64,000 nt of DNA from the NCBI GenBank assembly GCA_013265495.1, contig MU058366.1:1-64000 (forward strand), written 5' to 3'. This DNA is from Vicugna vicugna (taxonomy: Eukaryota). Shown piece by piece: positions 50,011-62,644 of this stretch. Position 1 is the stretch's first letter. Every line of letters begins with the position of its first letter. Under the pieces are notes generated by a model. The model saw nothing but the letters and a program-made list of their open reading frames with translations. It did not search any database and was not told where the DNA came from. The position numbers were made by a program, and so were the translations under genes.

Positions 50011-53000
50011 GAGACATAGAGGATAGAATGTGAAGGACAAACCTATTTTTAATTGAAATCTCAGAAGGGAAGAGTGACTAGAGGAGGAGAAGCAATATTT
50101 GAAGAGGTAATGTCTATTCTACTCCTGGGTATATAGCCAAAGAAAATGAAAACACTAATTCAAAGAGATACATGCACCCCAATGTTCATAGCAGCACTAT
50201 TTACAACAGCCAAGATATGAAAGCAACTAAACTGTCCATCAACAGGCTATTGGATTAAAAAGATGTGATATATATATATACATACACACACACACACACA
50301 CAATGGAATATTACTCTGTAATATTACTCTATAAAAATAATGAAATTCTTCCATTTCCAGCAATATGGATGAACTAGATGGTATTATGCTTAGTGACAGA
50401 GAATGAAAAATAGTGTATGTTATGACTTATATGTGGAATTCTGAAAAGTAAAACAAATGAATGAATATGCAAAACAGAAACAGATTCACAGGTATAGAGA
50501 ACAGTCTGGTGTTTACCAGTGGGAAGAGGGAGGGGAGAGAGGCAGGATGTGGGTAGCCTACAGGGATGATGGAACAGCACAGGGAAATATAGCTATTATT
50601 TTTTGGTGACTTTAAATGGAGTATAATCTATAAAAATGTTGAGTTGCTATGTTGTACAGTTGAAACTAATATGATGTTGTAAATAACTATACTTCAATTT
50701 TTTAAAAATCAGATAGACTTAACCCCAACTATATTTTAAAAAGTAAATGTAGATGAATTAAACATACCAATTAAAACATCAAAATGTCAGACTTGATTAA
50801 AAATTAATGCCAACTACATATTGTTTACAAGAGACGCACTTAAAAATCTAAGGACTCAGGTAGAAAAAAACTTTAAAGCAAGAGGTTTGTAGAGATAAGG
50901 AGGAAATGTTACAATAATGAAAGAGTCGATTCAATAGGCAGCCATACATTCCTAAATTAGTATAAACCTAACAGTATAGTTTTAAAATACATAAAGCAAA
51001 ACTTGACAGAATAAAATGGAGAAATAGATAAGTTTACAATCATATTTAGAGATAACTTATTTAAAGAACAGCCTCAAGCATCAATAAGGATATACAGTTG
51101 ACCCTTGAACAACACAGGTTTGAACTGTGAAGTTCCACTTATACGCAGATATTTTTCAGTAATAAATACTACTGTATCACACAGTCTGTGGTTGCTTGAA
51201 TCTGTGGATGCCAAGGAACCGAGGGTACAGAGAGCCAACTCTACATTATACTCAGATTAATCCCCTCATTGTTCAAGGGTCAACTGTAGAAGATTTGCAC
51301 ATGACTAACAAAGCACACCAACACTGCAGAGTCAACATTTTTTCAAGTTCACATGAAACATTTAATAAAGTAGAACCATATGCTGTGCTACAAAACAAGA
51401 AATTTTAATGGATTAAAAAATGTAAAAATATAAAATATGTTCTCTAATAAATTAAACATTAATCAATTAGAAAGTTAACTGAAAATTAAGCAACACATTT
51501 GTAAATAATTTGTCAAAGAAGAAATTACAATGGGAATTAGAAATATTTAAACTGAATAAAAATGTAAATATGATGTATCAAAACGTAATATGTAGCTAAA
51601 GCAGTGCATAGGGAGAAATCTTAAAGAGGAAAGAATGACAGTCACTGCCAGATATCGAAACTTACTGTAAAGCTACAGTAATTAATAAAGAGTAGTACTG
51701 ATACAAAGACAGACAAATACATCAAAGTGTAACCCTGGATTATAAGGTTAGTTTAACATCTTTTTAAACCACTGTAATTTGTCACATGAACAAGATAAAG
51801 TAGAGAAAATGTATAACTCTCTCATTACATGAAAAGAAGTGTTTGCTTAAAATTCAGCATCCATGCATGATTTTTAAACTTTTAGCAAATTAAAATAGAA
51901 AGAAATTCTTATCTTGAGAAAGAGTATCTGCAAAAATGTACAGCAAGCATTGTATTTAATGCTGACCCATTGAAAGCTTTCTTTTAGAGATTGGTAACAA
52001 ATCATCACCCCTCACTGTCACCACTTCTATTCAATACTGTGCTGAACGCTCAAGCAATAAAAAAATATATATAAAAGGTATAAAGGTTGAAAAGAAAGGA
52101 CCAGAACTGTCCTTTAGTACAAATGATATGGTTGTATACATAGAAAAAAATTTTTAAATCTACAAATAAATGATTATAATTAACCAGGAAGATTCACAGT
52201 TTTGTAGAATTCAAAATCAACATACAGAATCAATTATATATCTATGTAATAGCAGCAAATAGGTAGAAAATGAAATTAAAAGAACATATCAGTTACAATG
52301 GAATAAAATAGTAACAGGTACCTAGAAATAAGTTTAACAAAGTTTTTTCAAGACCTCTATGGGAAAAATAAATATGGAAATTTATTAGGAAACTTTAAAG
52401 AAGACCTAAGTAAATGCCAAGATATACCATGTGCATAGACTGAAAAATACAATATTATGAAAATGTAAACTATCCTCTAACTGAATACAACCCAAATGAA
52501 AACCTCAGCAAGTATTTTCTCTTATATAACTCAACAAGCCTGAGTTTAAATTTACTAAGAAAATGTAAAGGGCTAAGAATAACCAAGACCCTCTTGAAGA
52601 AGAACACAATGGGAGGAATTGCTACATAACATATTGAGACTTATTTTAATGCTATAGTAACTAAAACAATGTGATGATTGGAATAGGGATAAATAAGTCT
52701 AAACATAACATAAAACCATAAATCTCTTAAAAAAAAATAAGAGAATATCTTAATAACTTCAGGGTAGGAAAAGAAAGAGAATTGATATCAAAATTACAAA
52801 AAGTATCAACCATAAAGAATTTTTTGATAAATTTCATTACATTAAAATTATAAGTTTATGCTCATCAAATGATAACAAAAAAGAATGAAAAATTAGGCAC
52901 AGAATGGGAGCTGTTTGCAGCACAAAAGGCCAACAAAGACTTATATCAAGAATATATGCTCCTTTGACTCAATAAGAAAAAAGAAGATTATCCAGTAGCA

Positions 53001-53830
53001 AATTTGGCACAAAAAAGAAAAAAACAAACTTGGATAGGCATTCCATAAAAGAGGAAATCCAACTGGCTATTACCCATAAAAAAGATGCTCAACCTCATTA
53101 TTAATCAAGAAAATGCAAAATAAAACCACAGAGACACAGCTGTCCAACCACTAGAATGGCCAAAAATGTAAAAACACAGTGAATATCAAGTGTTTGTGAA
53201 GATCTAAAGCAAATGGAACTCTCATATATTGCTGATGAATATGGAAAATGATGCAGCCACTTTGGAAAAACAGTGTGGTAGTATCTACCAAAGCTGAACA
53301 TACGCATATGCAGTTCCACTCCAAAAAGTGCATATATGTGTTCACCAAAAGACCTGTGGAAGAAAGTTCATAGCAGGCTATGTATAAGCACCAAAAACTA
53401 GAAATAACTTGAATGCCCATGATTGTGGTATATTGGCACAATGGAATACTATACACCAACAGGAATGAACAAACTGTAGCTACACACAACAACACAGATG
53501 AATCACAACCACAATGCTGAGTAAAGGAAATCAGAGGCAAAATAATGTATGCAATATGGTTCCATTTAAAAAACAGGCAAAAACTAAAGTATATTCTTTA
53601 GGGGCGTGTACAATTATGAACAAAAGCAAATAAATATAAATATCAGAATAGGGGTTACCCTTAGTGGGAAGCAAAAGGATATGACTGGAAAGGTAGATAA
53701 CAGTGAGTCTTCTAAGCTGCTGGCAAAGTTCTTGATCTGGGTGGTGGTTGCATTTTTGTACCAAAAGCATTTATATTTTATGCACTTTATTGTATAATTT
53801 TAGTTTGCAATTTGAATAGAATTTTAAAAA
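50010..53830 (+). mobile_element. Ancient L1 remnant with a younger L1 3' end (about 50115-50705) and a Tigger MITE nested inside
   Basis: A-rich degenerate ORF2 and 3' motifs. Confidence 0.7.
51095..51286. mobile_element. Tigger2-type MITE (192 bp)
   Basis: Perfect 18-bp terminal inverted repeats cagttgacccttgaacaa / ttgttcaagggtcaactg flanked by TA on both sides. Confidence 0.92.
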
Positions 53831-54085
53831 GTAAAGAAAAGCCATCCAAGGACTGAACCTTGACGCTGTCATATTTAGAATATGTTTATAAACCATACAT
53901 CCGTTAAACACTCAACAGATATTTTTCAGTACCTACTATGTGCCACGCACTTGTTCCAGGTGCTGGAACTTCCAATTCATTATCAATTCTACTAAAAGTG
54001 TCTCTGATACAGTGAAGGCAAGAATATGAGTTGTTTCTACTCACTTGGTCATGAAGATATTGCTTTTCCTCTGCCTTCTCTCCAG

Positions 54086-54239
54086 GACTCACAATGGAGA
54101 TGTCCCTCATTTCAAGAAGGTGGTTTTCCAGGAATTTACTGATGGCTCCTTTACGCAGCCCTTATACCGTGGAGAACTAAATGAACACTTGGGACTCTTG
54201 GGACCATATATAAGAGCAGAAGTTGAAGACAATATCAGG
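54086..54239 (+). CDS. F8: Factor VIII exon 15 (A3)
   Basis: ccag|GACTCA...TCAGG|gtgagt; 154 nt; THNGDVPHFKKVVFQEF...EVEDNIR. Confidence 0.96.
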
Positions 54240-54985
54240 GTGAGTTGAGGACAATGGAATTACAAGAAAATTAATCCTATATATGTTTTTTTGTTTCTGA
54301 TTCTAAAAACAATGTATTCTTACTTTTGAAAAAGTTGAAAGTATAGAAAATAAGGAAGTTGAAAAGTAATTTCATAATTATCATTTTGGTGTCTGTTCTT
54401 TTCTTTTTCCTATGTACTCTCTTTATGTATTCAAAATTATAAACTGCATCATTCTACTTCTTTTTAAATAAATATAATGTTATAAACATTTCTTGTGTCA
54501 TTAAAACATTTCCTACATATCTTTTTTAAGTGATTGAATATGAGTCTATGATATGAATTTATGGTTTACTTAACCATTTACTTTGAACAATCTTTTAGAT
54601 GGTTTTTTTTCCCACTATTTAAGGAATGTTGCAATCACAATCCTTCTCCTAGGATAAAACTCCAAAAGTGCAATGTACATGAACATTTTAAGGCTTTCTG
54701 TAATGAATTATCTGTTAATGTCCTTTGCACAGTTAACTTTTCTTGTTAATTTATATTACCATATTATAGATCATTGATATATTAATGATCATTGATCATT
54801 TTAATGAATAACATTTTTCCAAGTTTGTTTTAAATTTTATGTATACTGGTTTTTTAAATAAACAGACTTGAACGTTTAGGTAGTAACCCATAAATCTTTC
54901 CTTTGTGACACTTTCATAGCTTTAATGTTTATAAAATTCTTTCCTATACAGAGATTTTTTTTCTTAAAATCACCTATAATTTCTT

Positions 54986-55056
54986 TTTTTTTTACATTTT
55001 TTATTGATTCATAATCATTTTACAGTGTTGTGTCAAATTCCAGTGTTCAGCACAAT
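54986..55056 (-). mobile_element. 71-bp L1 3' tip
   Basis: T tail plus L1 terminal sequence; perfect 12-bp TSD ctataatttctt (54974-54985, 55057-55068). Confidence 0.85.
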
Positions 55057-55480
55057 CTATAATTTCTTCAACTTTCTTTTACAGTTTAATTTCTTAACAT
55101 TTAACTTTTTAATCCATCAATAATTCCTGTAGACCAGAAATTGTTTTGGTGCATTGTGTGAACCAAAGATCTAGAAGAATCTAAGATGGTGGGATTGTGA
55201 GTGAATTTTTTCTGACTTGGATTTTATTTTACTTTCCATATGTCCTATGAAAACACATATTTTTTAATCTGAAAAAAGAAGTCTTTCTTAAAGATCATAT
55301 GCATTCATCCTGGAATTTGTCATGAAGAACCTTAATTGAAGAGTATCAACTCCTGGGGTTATGGTCCTTTAATATGCCTGGTAGTGACATGTTCCCTTTT
55401 ACTTTGGAATTGCTTTTAAGTATTTAGAAATTTTCTCCTTTGCAAGTTTGAGTTCAGATCTTAAGGATTTTGGAATTCAA

Positions 55481-55643
55481 AAAAAATTTAACACCTTTAT
55501 TATGATATGGTTCCTATACAGTAAACTACACATATTTCTGATGTACAGTTTGATGAATTCTCATAGATGAATACACTTATGAAACCACCACCAAAATCAA
55601 TATAGCTAACATTTCTGTCACTCCCCAAGAGGTGCAATTTTTG
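55481..55643 (-). mobile_element. Short L1-tail-like insertion (second copy of the 145-nt unit)
   Basis: Ungapped match to 387-531; flanking direct repeat tggaattcaa (55471-55480, 55644-55653). Confidence 0.75.
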
Positions 55644-55856
55644 TGGAATTCAACAATTTCTCAGTTTCCTTTGTAGATCTTTGGGTTTGAGTTCTAACAA
55701 CATTCATTCTCTGTACCACTTCCTCCAGGCATTAAAAACTTGGATAAAACTCCCTAAACAAGCATTGCTATTAGGAATGTAAACCTTAAGCTAAGAACTT
55801 TACAAGGTCATAAAACATAATACTTGCTTTTTTTGTTCTTCCATCTTGGTCTGCAG

Positions 55857-56069
55857 GTAACTTTCAAAAACCAGGCGTCTCGTCCATACTCCTTCTATTC
55901 TAGCCTCATTTCTTATGGGGAAGATCAGAGGCAAGGAGCAGAACTGAGAAGAAAGTTTGTCAAGCCTAATGAAACCAAAATTTACTTTTGGAAAGTAGAA
56001 CATCATATGGCACCTACTAAAGATGAGTTTGATTGCAAAGCCTGGGCTTATTTTTCTGACGTTGATCTG
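55857..56069 (+). CDS. F8: Factor VIII exon 16 (A3)
   Basis: gcag|GTAACT...ATCTG|gtaagc; 213 nt; VTFKNQASRPYSFY...KPNETK...YFSDVDL. Confidence 0.97.
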
Positions 56070-56356
56070 GTAAGCGGATCTACATGGTGCTAGACATTTT
56101 CTGGTTTAAAAGAAATGGTCTTTGTATTATCTGCTTAGAATCTGGTGTTTATCTTAAGCATAATGAGAAGCTTGAAGAGGGGCGATGCCATCATATTTAT
56201 GTTTTAGAAATATCACTCTGGAATCTTCTAAAGAGGAAGAATTGTACTGTGGGAAGATGGGCAGTGGGTTGGAGTGTCATAAAAGTTGATGAGAAATCCA
56301 CTCTGGTTCAAAGGTGAGAGAACTTATGCTCATAGGATTGGTGTCTTTCCTCTCAG

Positions 56357-56585
56357 GAAAAGGATATGCACTCAGGCTTGATTGGGCCCCTTCTGATCTG
56401 CCGCACCAACACACTGAATGCTGCTCATGGGAGACAAGTGACGGTGCAGGAATTTGCTCTCTTTTTCACTATTTTTGATGAGACCAAAAGCTGGTACTTC
56501 ACTGAAAATATGGAAAGGAACTGCAAGGCTCCCTGCAATATCCAGATGGAGGACCCCACTTTTAAAGAAAATTATCGCTTCCATG
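56357..56585 (+). CDS. F8: Factor VIII exon 17 (A3)
   Basis: tcag|GAAAAG...CCATG|gtaaca; 229 nt; EKDMHSGLIGPLLICR...KENYRFH. Confidence 0.97.
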
Positions 56586-56796
56586 GTAACATACTCCACA
56601 CCCAGATATTACTCACTGTGAAAGGCAGTATGCTCTATGACAAATGAGCCTTAAGCCTGAGGCTTGGACATTGTATGAATTGAGAATATATGTACGGGAG
56701 TGAAACCCTATAGGTATCAATATTTTTGACTGGAGTGGAGGGAAGGAAACCCCCACAGTAGATTTTAACAGCTTTGTCTGTCTTCTCTTTCTCCAG

Positions 56797-56979
56797 CGAT
56801 CAATGGCTATGTGATGGATACACTACCTGGCTTGGTAATGGCTCAGGATCAAAAGATTCGATGGTATCTGCTCAGCATGGGCAGCAATGAAAATATCCAC
56901 TCTGTTCATTTCAGTGGACATGTGTTCACTGTGCGGAAAAAGGAGGAGTACAGGATGGCGGTCCACAATCTCTATCCGG
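56797..56979 (+). CDS. F8: Factor VIII exon 18 (A3)
   Basis: ccag|CGATCA...TCCGG|gtatga; 183 nt; INGYVMDTLPGLVMAQDQKIRWYLL...HNLYP. Confidence 0.97.
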
Positions 56980-58150
56980 GTATGAGCTGGTTTGTGCTCT
57001 TTCTTCAACCTACTATGCCTGTTGAGTACTTTCTTTAAAGGTCTAGGCACTGGGGACACGACCAGCAAACAAAGCAAACAAACTCTCTGCTCTTGGGTAA
57101 CCTTACCCTACAGACAGATAATAAATAGTTTAGCCAATGAACATGATAATTTCAGATCCAGATAATGTGGTATAAAGGAAATAGAACAGAATAAATGGAT
57201 AATTAATGTCACAACACTTTCCTAAGAAAAAGGGATTTTTTTTCCACTTCAAATCCCACATAGTACCAGTAGTTACCCAAAGAGGGATTTGTTTATGTCA
57301 ATATGTCAATTAATATGTCAATTAAGCACCACTCACGATGCTGAGCAAAACACAATTTCATTTTAGTTCTCCACTGTCCCTTTGAAACAGGTTTAATAGT
57401 GAAAGTAAACTTCCCTTGTTTCTGTGTAAAAATTCTGATAAGCTCAGCGACTTTTCTGCTCACTCTTAAGTAATAAACAGTCCTGAAGTCATTTACATTA
57501 CAGATATAGTTCAAGTCAGAAATTACAATGTCCACTGTTTCTCTACCTTATGCTTACTGTGCCTCCCCCTCAACCCCTTGCTGGCAGATACTTAAAGTTG
57601 GCTCTTTGTCTTGTGGGTTACTTCCAGGGGCTCTTCAGACTCTCCCTTTTGGGAACTTCTCGGATGAAATCCCCTTGACCTGGGTGGGTGGTCACATATG
57701 ACTCATTGCTCAGCCCCTCAGCATTCACTCACCTCTAGCTTCTTGCTCCTGGCTTACTTTCACCTGCGAGGCAGCCCTAGAGGACTAGATCCATGAGGAC
57801 CTCGCCCTGACTGCCTTCCCTCTCCCAGGGAGCCCACATCTTGTCCATGAGAAATGCACCTTTGGCCCTGAACATCCTTGACATTGCAGGCCAGTCCTAA
57901 TTCAGTGGCTGTCTCCTGTCTCCACCACCTAAGCATTCTGTACCCCAGTTCTCCCATTTCCCAGGACCAGAACTCAATCTCCAGTGTCTGCAACTGTAGA
58001 AATCACACAGCAAGCGCTTTGGGTTTGAGGGTCCAGGAGTGGTGGAAGTGACTTAGGCTGATCTCCTTTGATACTATGCATAAGCCAGTGTATCTTATGC
58101 ACATTTTTTGGTAAAAAGAAATAACTTTTGTTCCTTTTGTTTTTGAGAAG

Positions 58151-58267
58151 GTGTTTTTGAGACGGTGGAAATGCTACCATCCAAAGTTGGAATTTGGCGA
58201 ATAGAATGTCTTATTGGCGAGCACCTACAAGCTGGGATGAGCACCCTTTTCCTGGTGTACAGCAAGC
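58151..58267 (+). CDS. F8: Factor VIII exon 19 (A3)
   Basis: gagaag|GTGTTT...CAAGC|gtgagt; 117 nt; VFETVEMLPSKVGIWRIECLIGEHLQAGMSTLFLVYSK. Confidence 0.96.
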
Positions 58268-58802
58268 GTGAGTAGCACTCTGGGCAGAGGCTCCATGCCT
58301 ACCCGCCAACTTCTATACAGCGTTTCTCCTTCCTAGAATGGTTGCCTTCACAAAAAATAAATATGAAGCTCGGAGTTATCATCAAATCTGAAATGAATGA
58401 TGCTGGTAGAAATCATCCTCAGAGGAGGGCAATTATGCCTGAAGCTTTGAACACTTCCAACCTGAAACTCCAAGATCTCCAAGAGCAAATTTTTGAAATG
58501 TAATTTTGGTTCAATTACCAAAGATAACTTATTAAATATAAATATAAAGAGTTTGAGATTTAACCCTAAACAAGTAAGAGAGATATGGACCCTACTTTCC
58601 TCAGCTGCAAAATGTGAATAGTTCTAGCACCTACCTGTGGGGGTGAATTAAATGAGATAGTACAATAAAATATTTAGTACACCTCTTGGCACACGGTAAA
58701 CACCAAAAAATATGAGCATTTGTCAGAATTCTCACTGACTCGCATCTGTGAGGCTGAATTTTCTGCACTTTTAACTATTGTGTTCCCCTCGTTTGATTTC
58801 AG

Positions 58803-58874
58803 AGTGTCAGACTCCACTGGGAATGGCTTCTGGACACATTAGAGATTTTCAGATTACAGCTTCAGGGCAATATG
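58803..58874 (+). CDS. F8: Factor VIII exon 20 (C1)
   Basis: ttcag|AGTGTC...ATATG|gtaaat; 72 nt; CQTPLGMASGHIRDFQITASGQY. Confidence 0.97.
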
Positions 58875-59204
58875 GTAAATACTATCATTTTCTCCCAAAG
58901 AGCTGGACTGATTATATCTTTTTATTTCTGTTGGAGAGATTCAGACGGCCAACCCATCTGCATGCTTCTATTAATTCCATTCCATAGGTGCCTCTCAATT
59001 TCATTTTCTCTTCTCTGCTTCCCACTGTGACCACCTTAATTCAGACCATCATCACTTCTTCTCACCCAAGTAATGCCACTGTCTCCTTAAATGTCCCACC
59101 TGCCTGCAATATTGCTTCCCTCAAGTCCATTCTCTTCAATCTGAGCAATGGTAAGTAAAGCTTGGATCAGAGCTACAGAGAGTCCTCAAACATTGTCTCA
59201 GAGC

Positions 59205-59478
59205 CAGGGTCACCAAGCTACAGCCTGCAGACCACATCAGTGTGTATGTCCTTCAAGCTAAGAACCATTTTTCTATTTTAAATGATTGGGGAAAAGCCAA
59301 AAGAAGAATATCTCATGGCATATGAAAATCACATGAAATTCAAATTTCATTGGCCATAAAGAAGCCACACCCATTCATTTACAATCATCTACAACAGCAT
59401 TTAAGTAGTTGCAACAGAGACCAGATGATCTGCAAAGCTTCAGTTATTTACCATCTGAAAAAAGTTTGCCAAGCCCTG
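59205..59478. mobile_element. MER58B-like hAT-Charlie MITE
   Basis: caggg...ccctg termini and MER58 internal motifs. Confidence 0.65.
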
Positions 59479-59890
59479 TTTTTGATGGGAAAAAAATTCC
59501 CTTTGATAAAGAAGCTTGAGAATTATATACTAAAATAGTATTGTTTTTCTCTGGGTGGAAGAATGATGTTTTTTCTTTGATTTTTATTTTTACTTAGGCT
59601 TCATTTTTATCTTCTAATTTTTCTCCAATGAACATACATTATGTAATAAAGAAATAATAACAGTATTTGATAGTTCTTGTAATATCAGCTAATTAGAAGT
59701 GCTAACAATCAACAAAATTATTAAATTTTAGAAAATAAATGGACAACAAGGACAAGCAAAAGACTTCTGTGCTTTTACGACTTTACTGTCTCCACAGCTA
59801 GGATTAACCTTCTCAACAGAGTAATTTTATTCCCAAGTGTCCAGAACCAACCCAGCTGAATCTAGTCTCTCTCACCTTTTTCTGCCTAAG

Positions 59891-59976
59891 GACAGTGGGC
59901 CCCAAAGCTGGCCAGGCTTCATTACTCCGGATCAGTCAATGCCTGGAGCACCAAGGACCCCTTTCCCTGGATCAAG
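59891..59976 (+). CDS. F8: Factor VIII exon 21 (C1)
   Basis: taag|GACAGT...TCAAG|gttagt; 86 nt; QWAPKLARLHYSGSVNAWSTKDPFPWIK. Confidence 0.97.
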
Positions 59977-60552
59977 GTTAGTAAACGCATCACATTCAGT
60001 CATATCACACACCCGTCTCACAAGCTCAAAACATGATATATCTCCCTTATATCAAAGTCATTTTCATCAAACTCCAGGTAATAGATGGGGAAAGAACTGT
60101 AAGAATAGAGTGGCCTGTAATTTGTACCAAAACAATCAGGAATAGAATTCGGTACACTGATGTGTTCTATTTCTGTGTTTTCAGTCTTTCTACTGGGATT
60201 AGAACACCTGAATGCTTTCTATAACATTGAACTTACCACCTCCCAAGACAGTTTACTCTATTATCAGATGCCTTCAACTGCCTAGATGTCCTTGTGCCCT
60301 CCAATCTCTTTATTTTAATACAAAAACAAATGGCTCAGTGCCTCAAACCACAAGCCAAGAGGACGTGGCTTCTTTATTTTCTAAAACAATCCATCTTCTT
60401 CACAAAGTCTACAGCACTGGGTAGTAAACGCCTACTGAATTTAGTCCAGTCTGGTAAACTAACTTGGAGTCAACAACTTACAGTGTCCTCAGGTTAACTC
60501 AGTTTTGTTTTAAATGACTCAGTCTTTCATATTTTCTATTGAAAAACAATGT

Positions 60553-60635
60553 GGGGAGAGGGTCTAGCTCAGTGATAGAACGCATGCTTAGCAGAGTCCT
60601 GGGTTCAATCCCCAGTACTTCCATTAAAAAATAAA
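60553..60635 (+). mobile_element. tRNA-Ala-derived short SINE (Vic-1-like) with a small internal deletion
   Basis: ggggagagggtctagctcagtgatagaacgcatgcttagca..gtcctgggttcaatccccagtac followed by an A-rich tail. Confidence 0.8.
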
Positions 60636-62644
60636 TATATTTTTTAGAAAGAAACATAATATGAACCACAAAGGCAATTTTACATTTCTTGGTAGCCACA
60701 TTAAAAAAGAAATATGCAAAATTCATTTTAGTAATACATTTTCTTTAACCGAACCTAACCAGAAATATTGTCATATCAACATGTGATCAGTCAGCACTAA
60801 TGTGCACACGGTTTACCACCAGCTTCCCCCACCTCCACCCTTTCCCACCAGCTTCCCCCACCTCCACCCTTTCCCCATGGTGCATCAGCTCTCTTCTTCC
60901 TCTTCTTAGTCGGCTGAGGAAATTCCCCTGCATATTTTCCTCCTTTGCAAGGTTGCATCTGGTCTCCTATTTTTTTTCTTGAGGTTAAAATAATAAATAG
61001 GGGTCCGGGAAAGATCAGCTGAGTCACCAGTAAGCAGGCACAAAGAGTACCTCTGTTAATGCTGCATCGGCTCAGCTGCTTGGCTGCTCTGCGTCTGTTC
61101 TATTTGTTTATTTTTGGTAATAGCATCCTCGTTTCCATTTAGGGATTTCTAGCTGCCCCACCAGACACAATCTAATGAGACTAGTAAATAGAGTTCCTTT
61201 TCCACACCTAGCCAAAGAACCCTGAGCGATACAGCCCATGACATGTCCACTAATTAGATTTGACCAATGTTCATTGACTTGAGAAGTAAGGTTTTTTTTA
61301 TACTTTAGCCAGTCAGGAGCAAAATATTAAAGGGTACAAGGCTTCCTTACTATGTACTTAAATCAAGCTACTAAAATCCTTACCACAACCTTTTAAGGTT
61401 GATGTTACTATCACCTGCATTTTAGAGAAGGAAGTTGAAGCACAGAAAAGTTAAATAACTTGGCACACAGCCAATAAGTGGCTGGGCCAAAATTCAAACC
61501 CTCATAGCTGGGCGCCAGAATTTTATATATATATATAGATATATAGATAAATCTGTTTTCCCAACTCAAATGTAAGTTCCATGAGGGGAGGGCTTTATTT
61601 TTGTTGTTCGTTTCTTTATTCCCAGTACCTAGAACAGTGCTTGGCACATAACAAGTGCTAAAAATATATGCTTTGAATGAATGAATGTACATATAGATGG
61701 ACTTTACAGTCAACTGAAAGAGACAGTCATTAAGCACAAGAGTCACGATCAGTCCTACCTGAGTGAGACAGGCATCTGTGGGACGTTAAGTTTGCTTGTT
61801 AGAGCAGTAACCAATGGCAAAATTCCTGTAGCGGCTGCCTCCTTGAAATGCTTGCATGACCCATGTTCTCTTCTTTAAGAATCAACCATTCCTTACAGTT
61901 CTGCCACTCTTAGTCACTCATTCATTCCAAAGCATTTTCCAAGCATCAGTATTATATCAGATGCCGTGTTAGGCTCTGCGGCTAGAGAGAATATAAAAGT
62001 TGACGTTTATCAAGTGCTTCATACGTGCCAAGCACTGGTCTCATCACATGACATGTATTAACTCCTCAATCCTTCTGGTAACTCTCTGAGATCAATACCA
62101 TTATTATCTCCACTTTACAGATAAATTGAAACAGAAAGAGGTAAGGTGTCTCAAACAGGTTTACTGCCTTAAGGATCTCAGTCTAAGAAGGAAGGCAAAA
62201 AGCAAAGAAAACTTTACAGTATGGTGAAATAATTTACTATAATGAAATTGTCTACAAAGTGAAGTGGAAACATAGATTTGTCTGGTGAGTCAGGAAAATC
62301 TAACCAGGAGAAATAGTTTCATCTAGGCTGAGGCTGAACTGTGGGGAAAGCGCTATGTTATGGGTCAGTATGTGCAGCACAAAGGATGTGTGTAGAGGAA
62401 GCTGGGACTCAGTGATGTGAGAGTGACTTCCTGTGTCAGGAAGTAGTCTGGGAATTCAATAAGCACACTTCCTACTCGTTCTCATCATTTATTCCGCAGC
62501 TTCACACAACATTGGTATCTGCTTCACCTGCACATTGAAGGTAATACTGGGCATATGTGTGTCAATGTAGATTCTTCTTAACCCAGTAATTAATTTCAGA
62601 AGGTGGTATGTACATTTAGAATAAAATGTTGTTTTCATTCGTAG

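Noticed and set aside
55851..55862. cag|GTAACT at exon 16 as a recursive splice site
   Set aside because: The flanking intron is short and GTA ACT is explained by conserved Val-Thr codons.
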